A stretch of DNA of 64,000 nt from IMG/VR virus record IMGVR_UViG_3300030330_005258, positions 64,001 to 128,000 of that record. One strand, given 5' to 3'. Of the stretch, positions 48,469-57,803 are shown piece after piece (within the stretch, counting starts at the first letter, position 1; each line of letters opens with the position of its first letter). Both the position numbers and the translations under genes were made by a program. The notes under the pieces are model-generated. The model searched no databases, had not been told where the DNA came from, and saw nothing but the letters and a program-made list of their open reading frames with translations. The DNA is from a virus. Its lineage: Duplodnaviria; Caudoviricetes.

Positions 48469-49004
48469 TTTTAGGAATTGACGTATCAACTAGCATAACA
48501 GGTTTGGCAATAACTGACAAGGAGGGAAAAATAGTACTTTCTGAAGCCTGTGACCTTCGTAGAGACAAGAACTTTTTTTCTAAGTGTCTCACAATAAGGG
48601 CAAAAATTCTGGACATTCTGGAGGCGTATAGCGGCAAAATAGAGCATATTTATATCGAGCAGCCATTCACCTTCTTCAACTCTGGCGGGTCATCTGGCAA
48701 GACTATGGCAGCCCTACAGCGCTTTAACGGCGTGGTGTCGTGGATGGTGTATGAATGCTTTGAGATCCAGCCCGAGTATCTGGGTGCAACACAAGCACGA
48801 AAGCTTGTGGGCATCAAGGTCCCGCGAGGACAGAAAGCCAAGAAGGTTGTGATGGAGCACCTACTCGCGACTGAACCAGACTTTACGATTGAATATACCC
48901 ACCGGGGCAACCCGAAGCCGCAAGAGTATGACAGAGCCGACGCCCTCGTCATCGCGAGAGCAGGACTCCAAGATATCTGGAATAAAAAGCTTGCAGAAGA
49001 GTGA
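48465..49004 (+). CDS. RuvC-like Holliday junction resolvase
   Basis: MILGIDVSTSITG, IYIEQP, DRADALVIA (RNase H-fold acidic residues). Confidence 0.8.
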   Translation: MILGIDVSTSITGLAITDKEGKIVLSEACDLRRDKNFFSKCLTIRAKILDILEAYSGKIEHIYIEQPFTFFNSGGSSGKTMAALQRFNGVVSWMVYECFEIQPEYLGATQARKLVGIKVPRGQKAKKVVMEHLLATEPDFTIEYTHRGNPKPQEYDRADALVIARAGLQDIWNKKLAEE

Positions 49005-49019
49005 TCAGTATGTTACTTT
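48991..49019 (+). promoter_or_regulatory. Sigma70-like promoter TTGCAG-N17-TACTTT with extended -10 TG
   Basis: Same architecture as 51457..51485; the -10 ends 6 nt before the primase ATG. Confidence 0.6.
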
Positions 49020-49025
49020 ACAAGC

Positions 49026-49964
49026 ATGAACAAGACGATCGCCAAGAGCATTCTCCATGAAACGCTTGGAGGATACTGGGACAAAGGGTCCGAACTTCTT
49101 TTCTCGTGCCCTTCGTGTAATCACCACAAACGCAAGTTCTCTGTTAACTTGGACAAAAATGTGTTTAAGTGTTGGATTTGTGATTATCATGGCCGTAATA
49201 TTAGGCGCGTTATTAGACGTTATGGTTCGTTTACACAACTACAGAAATGGGACCAAATTACAGACCGATCAGATATATCGAAATTTGATGATCTTTTTAG
49301 TGACGAGATCGGTCGAGAGGTCGAAGAGAAACTTGAACTCCCGCAGGAATTTGTAAGCCTCGCAAACAAGGCACTACCGCTGTCAGCGAACCGTCCTCTG
49401 AGATATCTTGCTGAGAGAGGTATAACAAGAGAAGATATCCAGCGATGGAAGATTGGCTTCTGCTACGACGGCGATTACGGTGGCAGAATTATTATACCAT
49501 CTTTTGGCAAGAGCGGCTACCCCAACTACTTTATTGCGCGCTCTTACGTCGGGCACGGAATGAAATATAAGAATCCACGTTCATCAAAGAATGTAGTGTT
49601 CAATGATCTATTTACAAACTGGAACGACGACCTTGTAATTGTCGAAGGAGTATTTGATGCAATTAACGCAGGAAACGCTGTGCCTATCTTGGGGTCTACA
49701 CTACGAACGGACTCCGACTTACTACGAAAGATTGTTCGAAATGACACCCCCTGCTACATCGCCCTCGATCCTGACGCGGCTGAAAAAGAGCGCAAGATCA
49801 TTCAAACGCTTTTGCGTTACGATGTGGAACTCTATAAGATCGATGTAAGCGGATACGAAGATGTAGGCGAGATGCCAAAAGACACATTCCAGCAACGAAA
49901 ACAATCTGCAAAATTGATTGACAGGGACAACTATATTCTGTTAGACTTACTGTCGGCAGTATAG
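49026..49964 (+). CDS. DNA primase (Zn finger + TOPRIM), DnaG/gp61-like
   Basis: CPSC.H....CWIC, YLAERGI, RIIIP, VIVEGVFDA, ALDPDA, DVGEM. Confidence 0.9.
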   Translation: MNKTIAKSILHETLGGYWDKGSELLFSCPSCNHHKRKFSVNLDKNVFKCWICDYHGRNIRRVIRRYGSFTQLQKWDQITDRSDISKFDDLFSDEIGREVEEKLELPQEFVSLANKALPLSANRPLRYLAERGITREDIQRWKIGFCYDGDYGGRIIIPSFGKSGYPNYFIARSYVGHGMKYKNPRSSKNVVFNDLFTNWNDDLVIVEGVFDAINAGNAVPILGSTLRTDSDLLRKIVRNDTPCYIALDPDAAEKERKIIQTLLRYDVELYKIDVSGYEDVGEMPKDTFQQRKQSAKLIDRDNYILLDLLSAV

Positions 49965-49972
49965 GAGGTAGC

Positions 49973-50452
49973 ATGAGCGATGAAGCAAAAGATTATATTA
50001 ACAATGTTCTTGACGAAAGGCGATCAGAATTTGGCAACAAGGCTGTCTGCCCCTTCGCAGCACCAGAACTTAAAGCCAACAGGCTGATGATTGCGACCGT
50101 AGGTGAACAGGGGCTTACAGATCTTATAGACGAGTTTAAAAAGTCTGATTACGAAAGTGCCTTGTTCATAATCGAAGAAGACATACCCGCAAAGCAAACA
50201 AAAAAGTTTCAATACTTTGTAAACCTGTTGCTTAGTGAACGAGGTATGACCGATTACAAAAACATTTGCTTCAACCCAAACGACGATGTAGACATCGAAG
50301 GGTACAATCCAAGGTCCCTTGCTCCACACTTTATGGTCAATATAGCAAACAAGAAGGTGCTATCAAAAGCCCACCGCGCCCTTAAGAAAACAAATTATTA
50401 CGATAAGTTGCCAGATAAGTATCGAAAGTTTCTCAATCTTAAAGATAAGTAA
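49973..50452 (+). CDS. Hypothetical protein (CPFA motif, DUF1415-like)
   Basis: AVCPFA.PEL, FNP.D, APH; GGAGG SD. Confidence 0.55.
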   Translation: MSDEAKDYINNVLDERRSEFGNKAVCPFAAPELKANRLMIATVGEQGLTDLIDEFKKSDYESALFIIEEDIPAKQTKKFQYFVNLLLSERGMTDYKNICFNPNDDVDIEGYNPRSLAPHFMVNIANKKVLSKAHRALKKTNYYDKLPDKYRKFLNLKDK

Positions 50453-50461
50453 ACTATTTAT
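50453..50461 (+). promoter_or_regulatory. Putative late promoter ACTATTTAT
   Basis: Intergenic, before the tagged-protein gene at 50488. Confidence 0.65.
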
Positions 50462-50487
50462 TGCGAGATTGTAAGGATATAATACAT

Positions 50488-51447
50488 ATGAAGCACACCT
50501 TTACCCGAGAACAAGTAAAAAGAATAATTCTTGAGGAATTAGAAAAGTCAAAAGTTGACGATGCGGCAGAACAAATTGTCGATGAACTTGAAAGTATGCT
50601 TTCTGAAGCTGAAGGAGATTCAGCACTAAAAAGAATCTACGACAAGATCTTTAAAAAAGCTGAAGAAGAGAATATTGATGCCGATGAATTAGCAATCAGA
50701 GTATACAAACGGGGCAAGCAAAAGAGATTTTTTAGAAAAATTGTTGCAGGTATAACTTTGGCATCCTTTTTAGGTGGCGTTCAAGCACGAATAGATATGT
50801 ATTCCCAAATGGGCGCCCAAGCAGATGTAGCCGCACAAACCACCCAACAAGCACTTCAAAGCATAGAGTCCCAAAAATCTACTGATGCGATAGAGGAGTT
50901 GGGAGGTAAGTTAGAGAGAAGTGTATTATACGCTTGGACACTAGACCCCGGAAAGGGCGACGAAGCCTCTGGCAAGTTTATCACAGGAATGCAATCAAAC
51001 TTTCCCCTATTCCTAGATTATGATGCCGGAAGGGTTGAGATATTTTCCCCTGAATATGGTGTAGTTATGAAACTGAAAAATGACATACAAAAGCAAATAG
51101 ATCAAGGTGTTACAAACAAAAAAGATCTAAAACCTATGATCTCTGACGTAAGGGCGCCTGATATATCACAACAAGAATACGCTCAGATGTATAAGCAACT
51201 TTACGATATTCCCGATTTTGAACCTACTAAGGTTGATAAAGAAGACATCGGTGGCAATATTGACAAGGTGAGAAAGAAAAGTCAAGGCGGCATTAAATTC
51301 CTAAAAGCCCGCAAAGGACAAGCCTACGCATACGAAACTTATCAGTTGTCCGATTTCGTAAATGCGGAACTCCCAAACAACCCAGGGCTGTCACCGTCAC
51401 AATTTTATATGAAACTGTTTAATGAGGTCACAGGTCAAAATATCTAG
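50488..51447 (+). CDS. Hypothetical protein with N-terminal KxIIxEE-like tag (putative internal head protein)
   Basis: MKHTFTREQVKRIILEELE; preceded by ACTATTTAT and an AAGGA SD (start 50488 preferred to TTG 50461). Confidence 0.65.
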   Translation: MKHTFTREQVKRIILEELEKSKVDDAAEQIVDELESMLSEAEGDSALKRIYDKIFKKAEEENIDADELAIRVYKRGKQKRFFRKIVAGITLASFLGGVQARIDMYSQMGAQADVAAQTTQQALQSIESQKSTDAIEELGGKLERSVLYAWTLDPGKGDEASGKFITGMQSNFPLFLDYDAGRVEIFSPEYGVVMKLKNDIQKQIDQGVTNKKDLKPMISDVRAPDISQQEYAQMYKQLYDIPDFEPTKVDKEDIGGNIDKVRKKSQGGIKFLKARKGQAYAYETYQLSDFVNAELPNNPGLSPSQFYMKLFNEVTGQNI

Positions 51448-51456
51448 CCATAACGC

Positions 51457-51485
51457 TTGCACTACCATCAGAACTGTGTTATATT
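51457..51485 (+). promoter_or_regulatory. Sigma70-like promoter TTGCAC-N17-TATATT with extended -10 TG
   Basis: Intergenic, 17-nt spacer, followed by GGAGGT SD and ATG 51501. Confidence 0.7.
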
Positions 51486-51500
51486 ATAGTTGGAGGTAAC

Positions 51501-51611
51501 ATGAACAAGCTCATCAAGAAGGCAGCGTGGATTGCAGGATTCGTAGTGGTTTACCACATCTCCTACGCAGCATTCACCATTATGTTTGAAATGACCGGGG
51601 CAGCGCATTGA
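51501..51611 (+). CDS. 36-aa single-pass membrane peptide (not in the ORF track)
   Basis: MNKLIKKAAWIAGFVVVYHISYAAFTIMFEMTGAAH*; GGAGGT SD; stop overlaps the TTG start of the nuclease gene (TTGA). Confidence 0.65.
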   Translation: MNKLIKKAAWIAGFVVVYHISYAAFTIMFEMTGAAH

Positions 51612-54600
51612 AGATCGCCCATATTGCTGATACTCACATCAAAAACCTAAAGTATCACGAAGACTACCGTGTCTGCTTTGAACAAATGTATCAGACCTTG
51701 CGAGAGCAAGAAGTAGACTACATTGTTCATTGTGGCGACATCGCACATACAAAGACGCAAATCTCTCCAGAGTTTGTAGAGATGGCATCTAACTTTTTTT
51801 CTACGCTCTCGGACATTGCCCCGACATTTGTAATTCTTGGTAACCACGACGGCAACTTAAAGAACAGCAGCCGACAGGATGCTATCACACCAATCGTGCA
51901 AGCACTCGATTGTGATGATTTGGTGCTGTTGAAGGACGCGGGCGAGACAGAGATACGCTCTGGCGTAACACTAAATGTTCTGTCTGTTTTCGACCGAGAC
52001 AACTGGACAGATCCTAGTGACCCTGACAGTATCAACATCGCCCTCTATCACGGTGCTATCTCTAACTGCCAAACAGATGCAGGTTGGACGATGGAGCACG
52101 GCGAGGACAATCTTTCTATCTTTGAAGAGTTTGACTTTGCGATGCTTGGCGATATCCACAAGCGGCAGTTCCTTGACGATGAAGGTCGCGTGTACTATGC
52201 TGGCTCTACTATCCAGCAGAATCACGGAGAGGAAGACGATAAGGGTTTCTCTATCTGGACAATCAACTCCAAGGACGACTGGGATGTCGAGCACTTTACT
52301 CTACAGAACCCACGCCCGTTTGTCACCGTCGAACTTACACGCACGGGCAAGATCCCACGCAGGGCTTCTGTGCCAGCAAACGCGCGCCTACGCATTGTAA
52401 GCGACAACAACCTGTCTCTTGACGTGATGCGCAAGGCAGTAGATGTTGCGCGCCACAAGTTCAAGCCAGAGTCTATCTCGTTCCTAAACAGGTCTGCTGG
52501 TAAGCGCGGCAGCGTTGAGGAGATTGCTGATGGGCTTGGTATGCAGAACCTCCGAGACCCAGAAGTACAACAAGAGTTGATCTCAGAGTATCTTAAGGAC
52601 TATCAGGTCAAGCCCGATGTAATGTCTATAATCTACGAGTTGAACTCTAAGTACAACCAGCAGGTCGAGTCAAAAGAAGACATCAGCCGCAACGTGAATT
52701 GGGAACTTGTGACCTTTGACTGGTCAAACCTGTTCAACTATGGCGAAGGCAACTCTGTTGACTTTCGCAACATTAATGGCATTACAGGTATCTTTGGCAA
52801 GAACTTCTCAGGCAAGTCATCTATCATCGATGCTATCTTGTTCACGATCTTTAACACAACCAGCAAGAACGAACGCAAGAACGTTAACGTCGTAAATCAG
52901 AATTGCGATTGGGGCGAAGGCAAGGTTGTGATTAACATTGGTAAGAAGGTATACACGATCCACCGTAAGGTCGAGAAGTACGAGAAGAAGTCAAAGGGCG
53001 AGACTACAATCGAAGCCAAGACACATCTTGACTTTTCTGTCTTCGACCCTGTGACCGACGAGACAACATCACTGAACGGTATCACCCGTAACCAAACCGA
53101 TGCTAACATTCGTAAGCATTTTGGTACGATCGATGACTTTCTTATTTCCTCTATGTCCTCGCAGCATGGTGCCCTTGCTTTCATCAACGAGGGCTCAACC
53201 AAGCGCAAGGAGATCATAGCCAAGTTTCTCGACCTTCAGTTCTTCGACAAGAAGTTCAAGCTGGGCAAAGAGGGTGCTCTTGACTCCAAGGTTTTGATGA
53301 AAAAGTTAGAGGGGCGAGACTACGATAAAGAAATTCAAGACGCCCAAGAAGCTCTTGAGGGCTACAAAGCAGACGTATTGAAGGTTGAGACTGATAAGTT
53401 GAAGCTGGAATCAACCCTACAGTTTGCCAACAACAATGTGCTCGAACTATCTCAGAAGATTGCCAACATCCCGACAGAGGTTATTGACATCCATGAGGTT
53501 CAGTCCGAGATCAAAAAGACAAAAAATAAAATAATTTCTTTGTCTGATTCCATCGTTGACGACGGCAACGCACTACATAGAGAAAGAGAACGACTTACAA
53601 AGATCAACGATCTTCTACAAACGCTTGACTATCATAGTCTTGCGAGTTCTCTTGTAAGCATTGAAGAATCTGAAAACGAACTACAATCTTACACACAACG
53701 GCTAGAGGTTGCAACCGAGAAAAAGAAATTACTAGAAGACATACCTTGCGGCACTGCATATCCTGCTTGCAAGTTTATTCGCGATGCTCATGTGGCTACA
53801 GCAGTCATTCCAGAAACGGAAAGCAAAATCGAAGAACTAGAGAAGCTGCTCTCCGATCTTAATCCCAAGATTGTGAGAGACCATCTCGACAAGTATCGGA
53901 AGCTTGAAAAAAAGCAAATCGAAACTGAGAGTCTAATCAAGGACTTGCAGTTGGGAATAGAACGCAGGCGCTCGGCTCTTGATAGGCACAATGCCTTGAT
54001 AGAAGAACTTGCACAAAAGCAGTCTTCTTATAATGACAACAAGGAAGCAATCGAAAACTTAGAAAAATTACTAAAGGAGAAAAAGTTATATGCCCGCGAA
54101 TCGCAATCCATTGAGAAGCAAATTGAATCAAATAGCCAGAAGAAGATTGATCTTTATAAATCTCTCGGCTCAGAAGAACAACGAATCGAAGACCTCAAAC
54201 AAAGACAACTAGAGTTCCAGTCAATCCAGTCGGAGTATTCATCGTATGATTTGTTCTTGCGATGTATGCACCCGAACGGAATTGCTTACGACATCATCAA
54301 GCAGAAGCTACCAGTAATCAACGAAGAGATTGCAAAGATTCTATCAAACGTCGTAGACTTTGAGATTTTCTTTGAGACATCTGGCAACAAGTTTGATATT
54401 TTTATCAAGCACCCCAAGCACGAGGCTCGACCTATTGAGATGGCGTCGGGTGCCGAGAAGACGATGGCTGCTATGGCTATTCGTCTTGCTCTGCTGTCTG
54501 TGTCTTCTCTGCCCAAGAGCGACCTGTTCATCTTGGACGAGCCCGGAACTGCTTTGGACGAAGAGAATATGGCAGGATTTATTCGGATCTTGGAACTAAT

Positions 54601-54715
54601 TAAGGTGTATTTCAAGAACGTCTTGTTGATTTCTCACCTTGATTCTCTCAAAGATTGTGTGGATATGCAGATTGTAATTGAGAAAGAAGCAGGTTTCGCA
54701 AAGGTAAATCAGTAA
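51608..54715 (+). CDS. Fused SbcD/Mre11 (gp47) nuclease - SbcC/Rad50 (gp46) ATPase
   Basis: HIADTH, GDIAH, GNHD, GDIH; Walker A GKNFSGKSS, coiled coil, ASGAE signature, Walker B FILDEP, ISH. Confidence 0.92.
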   Translation: MKIAHIADTHIKNLKYHEDYRVCFEQMYQTLREQEVDYIVHCGDIAHTKTQISPEFVEMASNFFSTLSDIAPTFVILGNHDGNLKNSSRQDAITPIVQALDCDDLVLLKDAGETEIRSGVTLNVLSVFDRDNWTDPSDPDSINIALYHGAISNCQTDAGWTMEHGEDNLSIFEEFDFAMLGDIHKRQFLDDEGRVYYAGSTIQQNHGEEDDKGFSIWTINSKDDWDVEHFTLQNPRPFVTVELTRTGKIPRRASVPANARLRIVSDNNLSLDVMRKAVDVARHKFKPESISFLNRSAGKRGSVEEIADGLGMQNLRDPEVQQELISEYLKDYQVKPDVMSIIYELNSKYNQQVESKEDISRNVNWELVTFDWSNLFNYGEGNSVDFRNINGITGIFGKNFSGKSSIIDAILFTIFNTTSKNERKNVNVVNQNCDWGEGKVVINIGKKVYTIHRKVEKYEKKSKGETTIEAKTHLDFSVFDPVTDETTSLNGITRNQTDANIRKHFGTIDDFLISSMSSQHGALAFINEGSTKRKEIIAKFLDLQFFDKKFKLGKEGALDSKVLMKKLEGRDYDKEIQDAQEALEGYKADVLKVETDKLKLESTLQFANNNVLELSQKIANIPTEVIDIHEVQSEIKKTKNKIISLSDSIVDDGNALHRERERLTKINDLLQTLDYHSLASSLVSIEESENELQSYTQRLEVATEKKKLLEDIPCGTAYPACKFIRDAHVATAVIPETESKIEELEKLLSDLNPKIVRDHLDKYRKLEKKQIETESLIKDLQLGIERRRSALDRHNALIEELAQKQSSYNDNKEAIENLEKLLKEKKLYARESQSIEKQIESNSQKKIDLYKSLGSEEQRIEDLKQRQLEFQSIQSEYSSYDLFLRCMHPNGIAYDIIKQKLPVINEEIAKILSNVVDFEIFFETSGNKFDIFIKHPKHEARPIEMASGAEKTMAAMAIRLALLSVSSLPKSDLFILDEPGTALDEENMAGFIRILELIKVYFKNVLLISHLDSLKDCVDMQIVIEKEAGFAKVNQ

Positions 54716-55149
54716 TGAAAATTACAAAGACCAGACTAAAACAAATCATCAAAGAAGAACTTGAGACAACTATGAGCGAGGGATTCTTTGACGAATTTAT
54801 TAATAAGCTAAAGATTGACATAAATCCAGCCGAAGATCAAAAAGCAAAAAAGATGATGTTGAGGATGGCGATGCGTTCGAAGGAAAAGCAACTAGGATTA
54901 GAGTCTGGCTATCTTGTTGATACGCTCTATGATATGTCAAGCAAAGAACGAGATGTCTTGTCCTTGACAGAAGAGTTCAATAATCTACTAGAAGTTCTTT
55001 ACACTGCTGCCCACCGCACCGCACCAGAGGACCAGAAGTCTGACAAAGAATTGGGACAGATGATAAAGAGATTTTTAGACAATGATCCAGAAACTGTGCA
55101 ACTAATGTATCCACAGGTAAACAGATTAAGAAAAAAACTGAGACTTTAA
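54715..55149 (+). CDS. MKITK-tag protein (putative internal head protein)
   Basis: MKITKTRLKQIIKEELE N-terminus. Confidence 0.7.
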   Translation: MKITKTRLKQIIKEELETTMSEGFFDEFINKLKIDINPAEDQKAKKMMLRMAMRSKEKQLGLESGYLVDTLYDMSSKERDVLSLTEEFNNLLEVLYTAAHRTAPEDQKSDKELGQMIKRFLDNDPETVQLMYPQVNRLRKKLRL

Positions 55150-55164
55150 CAATAAGGATAACTA

Positions 55165-56295
55165 ATGAGTAACGAGTTTGACTTTCTGCCACCAGCAGAA
55201 GCACCCCCATCATTCAACCAAGAAAAGGACCACTTTCACGAAGAAGTAGAAGCGGAAGACTTTGGTATGGTTGAGGACTTCGGATTACAGATGGAATACT
55301 CTGACGAAGATATGTTACCCGAGAACACAGCACCATCATCCATAAACGTGGGCTTTGTTGGTGTTGGCGGTGGCGGCAACAAGATGGCGAACGCTATGAT
55401 TGAGTTGGGCTTCAACAAGACCCTGCTTGTCAATAGCACAGGCAAAGACATTCCAAAGAATGTAGAAGAGGAGCACGTCGTTCTTATTCCCGATTCTGAC
55501 GGCATCGGTAAGAACATCGCCTACGGCAAGGAAGTCCTAACACAGAACGGCGCTATTGTAGAAGACGCCCTACGCATCAAGTTTGGCAAGGTTGATTGGC
55601 TGTTCGTGATGGCAGGCGGCGGCGGTGGCACTGGTTCGTCCGTGGTTGCCCTACAGCCTGTGTTTGAACGCTACCTACAATCTGTTCAGGCAAGCGGTAA
55701 AGTTGTCTATATCGTCTCTTGGCCAACAGCACAAGAGAATCTAAACCCCACAATCGCCCGCAACGCCTTGTCTTTGATAAATGATGTCACGCCATACCCA
55801 CACATCGTTGTAGATAACGAGCGCTCTACGCGCCTCCTACGCGGTCGTATCGGTATGCTTGGAATGTATCCAGTAGCCAATACCCAGTTTTCAAAGATCT
55901 TCGCACAGATACTCAAACTATCCACCGAAGACTCACCTATACAATCTTTTGACTCCAGAGACTTGGAGACCTGCTTTGGTAAGGACGGTCGTGCCTTCAT
56001 CGGCTCTACTATGATCAAAGATCCGAACACTGGCAAGCTCGGAACAACAATTATGCACAACTGTATGAACCGCTCTGCTTGCCCTCCACCCAAGGGTAAG
56101 GCGGCAGCAGGGTCACTTATTCTCGTAGCAAGTGAAGAGATGGTTGCAGACCCTCGCGTGTCCAAGCACCTTGAGTCTGCGATTGCTTATGTCGGTGGTC
56201 GCTGCGAGACACTTTTCTCTGGTGTTTATGTCAGAAAGAATGTCCCCGGACTGATTGCGATACTAAGTATGAATGGTATCGAGAAAGGAAAATAA
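55165..56295 (+). CDS. FtsZ/tubulin-family GTPase with acidic N-terminal extension
   Basis: GVGGGGNK, GGGGGTGSS tubulin signature, VDNE, T7-loop-like SFDSRDL. Confidence 0.9.
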   Translation: MSNEFDFLPPAEAPPSFNQEKDHFHEEVEAEDFGMVEDFGLQMEYSDEDMLPENTAPSSINVGFVGVGGGGNKMANAMIELGFNKTLLVNSTGKDIPKNVEEEHVVLIPDSDGIGKNIAYGKEVLTQNGAIVEDALRIKFGKVDWLFVMAGGGGGTGSSVVALQPVFERYLQSVQASGKVVYIVSWPTAQENLNPTIARNALSLINDVTPYPHIVVDNERSTRLLRGRIGMLGMYPVANTQFSKIFAQILKLSTEDSPIQSFDSRDLETCFGKDGRAFIGSTMIKDPNTGKLGTTIMHNCMNRSACPPPKGKAAAGSLILVASEEMVADPRVSKHLESAIAYVGGRCETLFSGVYVRKNVPGLIAILSMNGIEKGK

Positions 56296-56296
56296 A

Positions 56297-56779
56297 ATGA
56301 ATTTTTTAAAGACACTATGGAGTTGGTTATTAAAACTAATGCGATGCTCCCCAAGAATGCCTGTTAGCATTTCAGACTTAGAAAAAGAACCACTTGAAGC
56401 GGACTGCTGTGAAGAGGTATGCGAGATCGAAGAAGAGTGTTGCGATCACGAAGATTGTGAACCCGCACCAGATCCCATCATAGAAGTTCACGTAAAGGAA
56501 GAGCCCACTCCAGTCGTAGTAGAGGAAGTGGAAGAGCCAGAACCCGTTGAGATTATTGAAGAGGTATCCGCTGCACCCGCTCCTGTGGGCGAGTTGCTTA
56601 GACAAATCTTACTAGCAGAAGGCATCAGCGAAGGTGTTATCGGGAAGTATCAGATCATTGAAACATTTGAGGACTGGTACGACGGACCTATAGACGACGC
56701 CTCTGTCCGCGCAAGTATTCAAGATTTCAAGTCTGCCCAAGGTGGGGTGATTAAAGCTAAATTGAGTAGAGTACAATGA
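56297..56779 (+). CDS. Hypothetical Cys/Glu/Pro-rich protein
   Basis: Amphipathic N-terminus (FLKTLWSWLLKLM), DCCEEVCEIEEECCDHEDC, EP-rich linker; AAGGA SD. Confidence 0.65.
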   Translation: MNFLKTLWSWLLKLMRCSPRMPVSISDLEKEPLEADCCEEVCEIEEECCDHEDCEPAPDPIIEVHVKEEPTPVVVEEVEEPEPVEIIEEVSAAPAPVGELLRQILLAEGISEGVIGKYQIIETFEDWYDGPIDDASVRASIQDFKSAQGGVIKAKLSRVQ

Positions 56780-57288
56780 AGATTACAAAAGCTAAATTAA
56801 AGCAAATTATTAAAGAAGAACTCGAAGTAGTCCTCACAAACGAAGAGGTCGAAGAGATGTTTGGTGAAGAAGTCCGCGCCCAAGTAGAAGCGTTAGAAAG
56901 CGAAAAGATTACCAAAGAAGCAATAATGGAAGAGATTCAATCTGATCCTGCTCTTCTAGATGCGATTGTCAAATTAACCGATTCGATTGATGGACTTGAT
57001 GTTAGCATAGACTTCCTATCCGCCGCCTTCACGGGTGAGTCGGGCGTGTCCATCGGTGCCGCCCAACGACAACTTGGTCGTGCTTACAGACCCAAGGTCC
57101 GAGCAGCCCCCGCACCTATGGACGAAGAGCTAGACGAAAGAAAATTGTCCAAAGGCGAAGAAAAGGAAAAAGAGAAGATAGTTAAGGGTATGAAGAAATC
57201 AAAGAGTGATTTCAAGAAGCGCTATGGCGGTGACGCCGAAAGCGTAATGTACGCAACGGCGACAAAGATCGCAAAGGATAAAAAATGA
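56776..57288 (+). CDS. MKITK-tag protein with basic C-terminal KKRYG..A..VMYATATK module
   Basis: MKITKAKLKQIIKEELE, second internal KITKEAIMEE, C-terminal MKKSKSDFKKRYGGDAESVMYATATK. Confidence 0.7.
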   Translation: MKITKAKLKQIIKEELEVVLTNEEVEEMFGEEVRAQVEALESEKITKEAIMEEIQSDPALLDAIVKLTDSIDGLDVSIDFLSAAFTGESGVSIGAAQRQLGRAYRPKVRAAPAPMDEELDERKLSKGEEKEKEKIVKGMKKSKSDFKKRYGGDAESVMYATATKIAKDKK

Positions 57289-57803
57289 AAATCAAAAAGT
57301 CAGAGCTACTCGCTCTAATCAAAGAAGAAATTATGAAAGAAGCGCCCTTCGGTCGTGGTATGACAATGATGGACGACCCGTATGACGAAATTGAACCAGA
57401 GCCAGCCTCCATGCAGAGCGGTGGGGCAATGGATCAGGCTTTCCAGTATATCTTGACCGATGTTGAAAAAAGCCTAGACTTCCCAGCCGGTGCTCTTGTT
57501 AACTACCTTGTCACACAAAACCCGGAGGCAAGCCCCGAAGCTGTCGGACAAATGGCAGTACAAACCTTAGAAGTTCTCGGAATGAATTTTCCAACTGAGC
57601 GCGCTGTTGAAGAACACATCAACAGAGAGATGGACGACAGAGAAGCCGACATGATGCAAGAAGGCATGGAAGGTATCAACCCCGAGAACATGCAACTTGT
57701 AGCGGACGCCCTACAGAAGATGGCACCGCTAATTGGTGTTATGTCGTTGCCAGTTCTTATTGGACTTATCTATGAGCAACTTCGCGGCATGGGCGCCAAA
57801 TGA
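57285..57803 (+). CDS. MKITK-like-tag protein
   Basis: MKIKKSELLALIKEEIMKE; hydrophobic C-terminal helix. Confidence 0.65.
   Translation: MKIKKSELLALIKEEIMKEAPFGRGMTMMDDPYDEIEPEPASMQSGGAMDQAFQYILTDVEKSLDFPAGALVNYLVTQNPEASPEAVGQMAVQTLEVLGMNFPTERAVEEHINREMDDREADMMQEGMEGINPENMQLVADALQKMAPLIGVMSLPVLIGLIYEQLRGMGAK

Noticed and set aside
55165-56295. Calling this the host cell-division ftsZ
   Set aside because: No dcw context, lacks the NxDxAD loop consensus and the C-terminal FtsA/ZipA-binding peptide
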